DNA of 64,000 bases. Origin: the human T2T-CHM13v2.0 reference genome, Homo sapiens. Below are positions 14,918 through 24,790 of this stretch, one piece after another. How positions within the stretch are numbered: position 1 is the first letter of the stretch; each line of letters opens with the position of its first letter. The translations under genes and the position numbers were made by a program. Where the stretch lies: the NCBI RefSeq assembly GCF_009914755.1, contig NC_060925.1; one strand, 5' to 3'. The notes below the pieces were generated by a model. That model ran no database searches and had not been told where the DNA came from. It saw only the letters and a program-made list of their open reading frames with translations.

Positions 14918-15415
14918 GGCTGGGCATAGTAGCTCATACCCATAATCCCAGCACTTTGGGAGGCTGAAGCAGGAAGATTGCTTGAGGCCAGGAGTTCAAG
15001 ATCAGCCTGCAGCCTGAGCAAACATATAACTAATTCTCTTCTAATCTTAGCCAGCTTGATCACACATAAAATTCCTTTCACAAGATTCATCTTCCACAAA
15101 CCTTCTACAACTTTTTCATTCATTCACTTTTTGTCCTATACTTTTACTCCTCTCATTTTAGAACAACAAACCATTCTAGTTTAAAACAAGATACTGAGAG
15201 CTCATCTCTACAAAAACAAAAAAAATTAGTCAGGCATGGTAGCATGACCTGTAGTCCCAGCTACTCTGGTGGCTGAGGTGGGAGTATTGCCTGATCCTGA
15301 GCCCAGGATTTCAGTGCTGCAGTGAGTTACAATTGTGCCACTACACTCAAGCCTGGGCAGCAGAACCAAACCCCCATGTCTAAAAAAAAAAGGACAAAAG
15401 AAAAAGAAAGAAAAA
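14918..15415 (+). mobile_element. AluJ inside the ERV, itself interrupted by about 165 bp of foreign sequence
   Basis: TSD aagaagttattag at 14904-14916 and 15416-15428; left arm broken at about 15025 and resuming at about 15191. Confidence 0.85.
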
Positions 15416-17434
15416 AAGAAGTTATTAGAAAATGTGTTCCCTTTATGGGGCATCCCTGGAAAAATATCCAGCAACAGAGGAACCCACTTTACTGATCAAA
15501 TTATAAGTCAGTCAAATAAGATATTTCAAACACGATGGTATTAGGTACGGCTAACTGAATTGATTGAATTGCTTTATTCAAAGATGTTACCAGTTGATGG
15601 CAATTAGATCCACTACCACTGGAAAACATACATTGATCTCTTATAAAAGAGTTACTGAAATACCTATGCCCTTAATAATGGAAACTCAGGTATTGGCCCC
15701 TCTTATAAACTCTGACATGGCTGAATAGTGCCAGGCTTTAATGCATTATCCCAAAGCATATTTTCACCAGCTAAAAGAAACCCGTTGTGGCCTGTCAAAT
15801 GATGATAATCAGATCTTTCACAGTCTAAAACTCAGAAATTGGGTCTTTTGGAAGTGACACCTGGGAAAGACTGCTCTTGACCTCTAGTGGAAGGGGACAA
15901 TACCAAGTTTTCTGCAGCAAACTTCGGGGCCTTAAGTATTGGATCCACATCTCTCAGCTCAAAGTGGGCCCTCAAGACTCCTGAAACTGTACACCTATTA
16001 GAGATCTTAAGGTGAAACTGACTACAGAAGATTTGGCCATAAGCAGATGGCATTCTAGATGCGGACAGCTCTCCCAAGATTGATGATCAAGACTTCTCTG
16101 GTATCACAAAAGTCTTGTCTTTTTCATTGTGTTTCTTTTTATTCTAATCTCTTCTCTTTTCTTACAGGAAAATCCATGGGACCATAATCTGTGAATGGCT
16201 TTAGTGAAGGCTTATGCTCTAGCAAGAAACCAGAGCAATTTTGGGGTGTGTGGACTAATGCCCCCAAATGATAAAACAATTCCATTAATGCCAGTGCCTC
16301 TTTGTTTTCCCAGCGAGAGTCCACCTGAAATCTCAAAGGAAGAATGGAAAGCTATCCCTGATATTCTAGCATCACTGTTATTTGGCTTCCTGCACTCAAT
16401 GGAAACAATACCCTAACCTTTCCAATAATTAACCTAATTACTACCAAGTATATGAAATCTATCCAAGTGATGCCTGCAGAAGGGATATTGTGCCTCCAAG
16501 TATTGCAAACTCAAGACCTGGGGACTACCTATGTGGGTAAGAGTAATTGCTTATATGATCTTACTAGATTAAATGTAGTGAGGTGTCTTTCCACTAAACG
16601 TGTTTATGTACCCTTACAGTATGCTATAAAAGGACCACAAAAAGGTCAGTTTCCCACTGGACCTTGTTCAGGAGCTATGCTCACTTATGGGCAGATAAAT
16701 TTATTAATAACTTGACCTCTGCTCAAACACCACTAGGTATTTTTCACCTCATTTTCAGCCCCTGAGATCCTATATTGGGTCTATGGAGAAATTGTGTACT
16801 CTGTTGTACATTGCCTCCTTGCTGGCTTGGATCTTTCTGTTTGGTCTTGCTCACTCCTGCCTTCCAAAAAGCTCTGCCTGGAATTACCCATGGTACTCAC
16901 AGGCCAAAGAGGTCAATAACTGAAATTAGAACCAACCTCAAAACAGATGAAGATCAGTTATTTTCTGTGGAGGAAAGGTTCCAATAAAGTTCCTGGGGGC
17001 TCACTGTTGGCAGCAGTGGGGTACTAGTTGTATGGAGTTTGAAACCAATCTGTTCAAGTTGGGGAAAAATCTTGAATTTGGAGCCAGTGAGACCTCCAGG
17101 GTTGCAGACACTTTCTAAAACATTTTTGTTTAACTAAACACTTAATGAAACATCTTATAGCCTTAGATCTCCTTTATGCCCCTATTGGGCATTGTATGTG
17201 GTGTTGAACAAAACTGAATGTTGCACTTGTCTTTTCTCTGATTTTACTACTATCTGACACTTACTTAAAAAGGTAGCTAATATTGCTGTTCCTCTAGATG
17301 CTGCCACCAAATACATTAAGGAATTTTTTTTTGTTTAGGGGAAAGACACATAATGTATTTACAGGAGCAGCTAACAATTGGTTTGCAGGCATCCTTCATA
17401 GTGGATGGCAAACTTGGCTATTACAAGGTTTTCT

Positions 17435-20400
17435 TTTTTTTTTTTTTCACAACAAAGTTATTTATTTGTTTTTCTGGATGCTGGAGACAAACATCTTTAT
17501 TAAAGACACTACCAAAATTTTGGCAAACATTTCAAAACAGATTTGTAAACATAATGCTTCCCTTTTCAACTGGCAGCACTTTGAAAAGACAATACAATAA
17601 GACAATGCAAATTGAATCAGTATTAGTTCAAAATCCTTATATTTTTGACCACATAACTTATGTTCCCACATGATAAAACAAGTGACAGTTTAAATCAACG
17701 TCAACACATAAACTGCATGAAATGAAAGTTTGTGCTGCTTGATGAATCACAGTATGTTATGGTTAAATATATCCACTCTTTTTTATATTCCTGGCACCAG
17801 GATGAAAAAAAAATCTTTAAGTATACATCTTATGTAGGTAATAGCTTCTTTGCATATCTCTCTTCAAAAAATACTTTACAGCAGTATATAAATAGGTTAC
17901 CTACACATTTAATTTTATAATTTTGTCCCAAAACTATAGATCTGTTTCATTTTCATGACATATCAATTTTTGCCCAACATTAATAAAGCTGACAAACTCG
18001 TTGAAATGGAAATGCTTTTGTCTTCCACAACAAAAGTTGCAATTTGATAGAAAAAACAAAACAAAACAAAAAAACACCCTACAGTAACACTCGTCAGTTG
18101 TTTAACCTGAGCGTTTGGCCTACTAGGAGTAGCAGCTTTTTTCCTTCATGCACGCTCACATCCACACCGCCTCTGCACACATACAGATTGAGCACACACT
18201 TCCAGATGCTGGTAGGCCAAAATATGCTTCCCATTGCTCTAATCAAGTGGGAAACAGTGTAGCTAGTGATTAACCACACTATATACACAACTAGCAAATA
18301 CCTTAAGGCAACCATTGCAATGGGGGGTTAACTTGCAGGGTGGATTTAATGTTCTAGATCAAGTCAGCCTGTATATACATATGTGTATGTGAATCTATAC
18401 ACGTACACCTTTCTATTTTTTAACCCTCCAAGACAATGTTTATTTTTTTAATTTTGTGCAAATTTCTAAATATCCTACCATTTAAGGCAAAGAGTTTGCA
18501 TTAAGAAAGGTCAGAAAATAGGCTTACGTTTATTCAAAAGCATCTCACCTTGCACATTACTGTTGTTGTTTTTTAAACACATACAACTTTTAAGTGTGGA
18601 CACTGGATCCCCAATATCTAAAAAATTATTTCTAATAACAAACACAAGTTTTTGAGGAAAAAATGATTTGAAATATAGACAATGGATCCCCAATTCCTAA
18701 AAAATTATTTCCATTAACAAACACAAGTCTCGGTGGTGGGGTGGTGGGGAGAACCAGAAAGAGCAGCTTTGAAATGCAGGGAAGCAAAGTAAAATGGAAA
18801 AGAAAAAGTAACTGAAGTTTACTAATACTGAAACTTTCAACAGCCAAAGTTTCACCTTTTTAGAATCTAGAGCAACTCATTTGGAATTTTAAATAAATAA
18901 GCTTAAGTTTATTCACATGTTCTGGTCCAAGCAGAGTTCTAGGGCCATGACTCTGCCTGCTGTTGGTCAAATTCGCCTAGTAGCCTTTTGATGTGAGCCA
19001 GCTTGTTATGAAGATATTCACATCTGTATTTTTCTTCATGGTAATTGGGACTAGACTGCTTTATCTTCCGATATTCTTGTAAGACTTCTTCATGAACATT
19101 CTGATACTCTTTTGAGCCTGGAGAAAGGCGCTTTCTTTGTGCATCTAGTTTGATAAATCTTCTAGCTACAGTCTCCATCCTGGCATGCAAAGCTCTGTAC
19201 TCATCATACTCTGCACTGACGTCATCTTTATAATTCCGGCGTTGCTCATAGGAGATGATAGCAATATATTTTATCAAATAATCTGGGAGTTCAATTGCTG
19301 AAGGTTCCATGGAGGCAGTGCAATCCTCTTTAGCTCCTCCACTGGAATTTGGACTGGAGTTATTTAGCTTGGCAATTTCCTCTTCTCTCTTAAGATCTTT
19401 CTCCTTTTCCTCAATAGTCTCAATGTCGTGCTTTTTTATTTGGTCCTTTTCCTTATGTTTTTTAGACTTCTTTTTGGACTTTTTGTGAGACACTGAATGG
19501 TTTTCTTCCATAGGCTTTGGACACTTTAATAGAACTGAACCAGGGGGTAAGGTTTCCAGAGAAGTCCTAGAGGTATACTTGTCTTGTTGGTTCTCATAGA
19601 TACTATTGTTTTGACTAAAACTGTCAACAGGTAGGTCTTGAGCCCCCGGCCTTCTGGAGTGCTAGGGGAATTGGAGTTAGAATTTACAATCTGAGGAGGA
19701 TGTGAAACCGGCAGATGGGTTGAAGGCAAGCGGTGGAGGGGTGGGGATGGCAGCAGCTGCAGGGGGCAGAGGGAGGCCTGCAGCAGATTTTTCACTGGTG
19801 GGATTCAAATGACCATTTAGTGTTGGTGGTACTCTGCTCGTCAGGTGAGATATTCGGGCTTTTTTATCCATTAAATGATCAATAAACTCTGAATCCAAAA
19901 GCCGTGTCTGAGGAGAAGATACAGCGTTTCTACTAGAACATACTGGAGATTCTGAACGGCTGGTGCCTGCAGCATTCTGAGATGGATTTAGTTTTCTAGA
20001 GAGCATTGACTCCAATGACCAAGTGTCTATTTCACTGTATCCAGGCCAGTCTCTCTGAAGCTCTTTAAAAACATAATCCTTTGAAGTATACGAGAGGTCC
20101 TTAGGATTCAGATTGGCTACCTGTTGCAGAATTGCTCCCAGGGAGTTCCTGTCTTTTTGATTGACACCATCTTTCTGGAGTCTAGCAAGTAGCTCCGGTT
20201 TCTTGTAGGCCTTCAGGGCCAGTAAGTGAACCACCCTGTCCCTGTATGGCCTCTGAGAGACGCTGCTGCTGCTGTGTGTCTATCGAATTGGATTTGCAGG
20301 GTTCATGGGGGTTGACCTTTTCCTCTCAGGAACTGTATCTGAAACAGCTTGAGGTGCTTTCCGAATTTGCACTCTTTTCCCTACATATGGTCCACCGGGT

Positions 20401-21171
20401 TTGATAACTTCTGTGCTTCGGTTGCGGGATTCCTCCTCTGCCTGGGTCGTTCTTTCTCGTGTCATCTGATCCGAGTCGTTTGTTGCACACACTGTAATTT
20501 TATCTTGTATAAATCCCAGGCAATTGAGCTGGGAGGCTCCAGAGCTGGAGAATGTTTGCTGGACGCAGTCAAAGCTGCCCTGAGGGTTGTCTTTGCCCAC
20601 ATTTGACAAATAAAAGTTAAAGTTATGAACTTCATTGAGGGGATCATTTTTGGGAATTTTGACAAGCTCCTGGAGTCTTTGGAACTGAATTGAAGGTCGA
20701 AAAGAAATTAAATTCTTGTGGCTCTGGTAAGTCTGGAGCGCCTGGATCGCCGACTCGGTGAGCTTCACATGCAGTACGGTGATGTTGTCCTGCCCCAGCC
20801 GTCCGCACGAGAGCCCATAGCGCTGCCCCGCGACCCCCCCACCCCCGACATCTTAAACTCCCAGAGGTGCCGCCGCCGCCAGTCCAGCTCCAGCCTCCAC
20901 TGCGGCCGCAGCTGCTTGGGCTTCTGCAGCCGCCGCCACTGCTAGGGCCATCCCGCTGCTGGCGTACTGTCATATACTGCGCGGAGCCAGACCTCGGACT
21001 GCCTTCGCCGCCACCTGCCCCACCCTCTGGCCCCGCGCCCCGCCCCAGGCTAGTCTCATTGGTCTAGTTCCCTCAGAACCGTCCTCATCGGCCGCCCTCC
21101 ACTTTCACGGGGGCGGGGCCCAAAGTCGCTGGAGTTTTGCTCCTGGGACTGGACGTCCGAGAGGTAAGAGA
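17435..21171 (-). pseudogene. ELL2P1: ELL2 (RNA pol II elongation factor) processed pseudogene, full length with both UTRs
   Basis: Intronless ELL2 peptides in ORFs 20280-20768, 19677-20234, 19526-19795 and 18939-19511. The ATG at 20851 is frameshifted to TGA after 28 codons, and there is a nonsense codon at 20280. Poly(A) 17435-17447 with AATAAA at 17461-17466 (- strand). TSD gctatYacaaggttttct at 17417-17434 and 21172-21189. Confidence 0.96.
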
Positions 21172-22836
21172 GCTATCACAAGGTTTTCTAATCCTTATGT
21201 TTCTTTTAGTGGATCTCCAGGTTACTGTGGTTTGTATTATCAGGCTACTTACAAAAATGAATACCTCTTTAAATCAGGCCATTTTACAGCAAACTACGGT
21301 CCTTGATCACCATTATGCTCTGAATAAAGACTATGAGCAATTGCACTTGAATGCTGTTAAACTTTATTGACTGAACTTTGAATTGTTTGATTTTGATCAG
21401 GTTGGCTTGTGGAAAGTGCTATTAAGAAGAGTTCTTTAGTTCGTTGGTATTATCCTCCTGATAGCTATTATAAAAGTTTCCCTGATGTATCCTCTCAAGA
21501 ATCTTAAATTCTCATATGCAGCTATCCTTTGTACATTAAATGGTCTCCTTATGGTTAGGATAACAAAAACATGAAGAAAGCATATAAGATTCCAACTAAT
21601 TTGACGTTGTGAATTGTGAATTCTGAACTGAAACCAAGTAAGTCCCTTATGATCAGGCTCCAAGGTTTTGGTCAGCCTCTCAAAATTGAGAGGCTGAAAC
21701 CCTTTGACCAAAATTAACACATTTGCCCCTTCCCTCCAGCTCCTGGAAACCACTACCCTAACTCTGTTTCCATAAAATAGTAAACTATTTTAGAGTCCAC
21801 ATATAAGTGAGATCATGTAGTACCCACCGTGGGCTTATTTTAAGGCTCTGAGTAAATCACCATCTCTCTGTGCTAGGGTATTCTGAGTCAGTCTTGTTAT
21901 AAAATATTTTGTTTAGGTAACATATTGCAAAACGTTTCATAATTCAATGGTTCCTTTCCCAGAAAAAAAGCAGTGAAAGTTCCAATAGCCAAAAAGTGTC
22001 TAACTCAACTGACCTTTGGGAAAAAATATCCGTATAATTCCAGATAGTCCTAACTTCTGAAGGTAATATAGCCTGGCCTCTGTTGATAAACAAACAAAAA
22101 CAAAAAAACCACACACACACACACAAACCAGCTTCTTGTCTTTAAGTGTGCAAGAATGTTAGCACTTAAAATTTTTAAGATACACAAAAACTAAACAGAA
22201 CTGTTCAAGTTTTTAAAGGGAGCTTGGAAATTTGAAGAAAGTAAAGTTAAAAATATTGCCCCATGAGTCATATAATTATTTTTCTTTTTATTTCTCATAG
22301 CTTCCCTCCTATCCATTATTTAGGCAATTTTGTATCCAAATTTAATAATTTAACACCTTATTTGTTACAAGAACACGTTACTATGTTATTTTAAGCTTTT
22401 TTGGGCAAATTACACATAATTAGATAGGCTGGGTTAGGGCTGTCTACAAGATCCCAGCCTAGAGTGTGGTGCAGTAGCCTATTTTCTCTAGGACTCTTGC
22501 TGCAACAGGATATGGGAGAAGGGAAACATTAACGTTAGCAGAATGGGAGGAATCAGATTATGGAGACATGATCCTTGCCTTCTGGCACCTCTCCAGCTGA
22601 TTTAGAAGAGGACACAGAGGGAGACAGACATATGGCCATTTCTATAATTATAAACTCTGCTACATGCTGAGAGGATGGCTTCTCAAAGCCAGTTAGTGTA
22701 CAAGCAGTGGAGGTTGGGACTGCCCTACTTCTCCTGCCTAGGGTCACACAGTCTGGCAGATCTGGAAAGACTTCCCTGAGAAAGTGACCTTGGAACTGAT
22801 ACCTTAGTGGAAATAACTAGGCATTGGGAGGGGGTG

Positions 22837-22853
22837 AGGTGAGGAGAAGGTCA
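22837..22853 (+). promoter_or_regulatory. DR5 retinoic acid response element candidate
   Basis: AGGTGA-ggaga-AGGTCA fits RGKTSA-N5-RGKTSA, about 1.35 kb upstream of the CD1D ATG. Confidence 0.65.
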
Positions 22854-23149
22854 AGAACTTTCATGTAGAGGGAACTTTGTGCAGAGACCTTAGTCAGGAA
22901 GAGGTTTTGCATAGTGGAGGAACTGAAAGCTAACAGCCAGGCTACAGTACAGAGCAAATGATGCTGGGGTGTGAGGTGATGTCAAAAGGTAGACACCAGG
23001 GCTAGAGGGCGCATAATCTTGCAGGCCGTGCTAATGATTTTGTTTTCTACCCAAGAATGCTACTTCAGGAGATCAGTCAAAAGGTTAGGGTGATGGTGAC
23101 GGTGGAAATATAGAAAAAGGAATTTATTCAAGAGGTATTCAAAAAGAAG

Positions 23150-23257
23150 TGAAATAGAGATGAGTTGGAGATAGATTGGATAAAAAGAGTGAGGGAGAGG
23201 GAGGTGTCAGGCTGCAGCCCAGGTTCTGAGTTGCCAAAGAGGAGTCTTTTCCTCCAG
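23150..23257 (+). other. Probable upstream non-coding CD1D exon (5' limit uncertain)
   Basis: Strong donor CAG|GTGAGC at 23257/23258 and a candidate acceptor ctcctttgaaacag|G at 23913/23914; I found no ATG between 23914 and the CD1D start codon. Confidence 0.5.
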
Positions 23258-23924
23258 GTGAGCTAAGGCTTAGAACCACGATTTTTGGTCACTTTTTCTT
23301 ATTTTCAGTGTGAGAAGTGGCGAGTTGGCTGTCCAGGTACACACTGTCATCTTACACTTACTGTTTAAGACAGAGGCGCATATTTGGAAAGTGAATGAGT
23401 CAGGAGCCAGAGGAGAAGGTATGTCGGCAGAGCCTAGGGCGGAGAGGAGGAAGAGAGTCTGGGGGCGCGTCCCCAAAAAGGAGACAGGGAAGACAGAGCA
23501 GAGGCCGGGGAGGGGAGAGCAAGGACCATGACAGGAGGAAAGAGAGGCTAGGGAACACTGAGGTGGAGGAATCCTGGGATATGACAGTTGTAAAGAATTG
23601 TAGCCAACCTAATCCAGTTCTCTCAATGTGCAACTGAGGAAATTAATTTTCATGCGTTTACTTTATTGTAAATGTGGTACTTGCACTTGAGAAATTTTGG
23701 AAAACATAAAGATGTAAAGCAAATTAAGATCACTCATAGTCTTTCCACCTAGAGACATGTACTGCTAAAGCAAGGACTTTGATCCTTTTTTCCCTTTGCA
23801 TTTTTACCATGGTTGGAATTGTAACACAGACACAACCTTATGTCCTGCTTCCAAAACATAAATAATGGTTGTAAAGCGTCCCACACGTTGACCCAAAGTC
23901 TCCTTTGAAACAGGAAATTGAGAC

Positions 23925-24790
23925 ACGCCGGTTGTGAAACCTACTGAAGTGAGCGGCGGCGCCAGGATTCCTGGGACCCCGACCTCTTTGCAGCTCGCAC
24001 AGCTAAGGGCGAGGGCGCCCTTCGGCAGAAGCAGCAAACCGCCGGCAAGCCCAGCGAGGAGGGCTGCCGGGGTCTGGGCTTGGGAATTGGCTGGCACCCA
24101 GCGGAAAGGGACGTGAGCTGAGCGGCGGGGGAGAAGAGTGCGCAGGTCAGAGGGCGGCGCGCAGCGGCGCTCCGCGAGGTCCCCACGCCGGGCGATATGG
24201 GGTGCCTGCTGTTTCTGCTGCTCTGGGCGCTCCTCCAGGCTTGGGGAAGCGCTGAAGGTGGGTGGAACGAGGGCGCTTGAGTGCACTCGCGGGAGGGCGG
24301 AGAGAGGGAGCTGGGTAGGGACGGGGAGGGCAACGCCTGATGGGGACTGGTGAGACCCGGGACGCACTGGCGCGATCTAGGTAGAAAACTCGCTGCTCCC
24401 TGGCTCCGGGGAGAGGCAGCGCGGCACAGAGTTCGCTGGCATCAGCCGCCTCCTGAAGCTCATCTCCTCTTGTTTCTTTCTTCCTTCTCTTTATGCTGGC
24501 TGCTCTCCCGGCCACTTGCTACACGCCTCCAATCTTCATTCTCTCCCAGTCCCGCAAAGGCTTTTCCCCCTCCGCTGCCTCCAGATCTCGTCCTTCGCCA
24601 ATAGCAGCTGGACGCGCACCGACGGCTTGGCGTGGCTGGGGGAGCTGCAGACGCACAGCTGGAGCAACGACTCGGACACCGTCCGCTCTCTGAAGCCTTG
24701 GTCCCAGGGCACGTTCAGCGACCAGCAGTGGGAGACGCTGCAGCATATATTTCGGGTTTATCGAAGCAGCTTCACCAGGGACGTGAAGGA
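23925..24790. promoter_or_regulatory. CpG island / CD1D proximal promoter and 5' region
   Basis: Dense CpG and GC-rich sequence spanning the ATG and the alpha1 exon in an otherwise CpG-depleted window. Confidence 0.85.
24197..24257 (+). CDS. CD1D: CD1D signal peptide exon
   Basis: gcgatATGG good Kozak context; hydrophobic leader; donor GAAG|GTGGGT. Confidence 0.97.

Larger units (their letters stand above)
12532..21712 (+). mobile_element. Defective ERV1 (MER57-int-like) internal region with gag, integrase and env remnants, split by the ELL2 retrocopy
   Basis: Integrase-like [16 protein letters not shown] (about 15445-15490). Env-like ALARNQSNFGVCGLMP, furin site RPKR (about 16900) and NKTECC (about 17205-17225). 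TM segment GWQTWLLQGFL continues after the retrocopy as ILMFLLVDLQVTVVCII. Confidence 0.8.

Noticed and set aside
16170-17434. Possible domesticated env (syncytin-like) gene
   Set aside because: Multiple stops and frameshifts, and the TM segment is split by the ELL2 retrocopy.
23804-24746. Antisense ORFs (187, 130, 122 aa) over the CD1D 5' end
   Set aside because: By-products of the CpG island; low-complexity Pro/Ala/Arg content with no homology I recognise.
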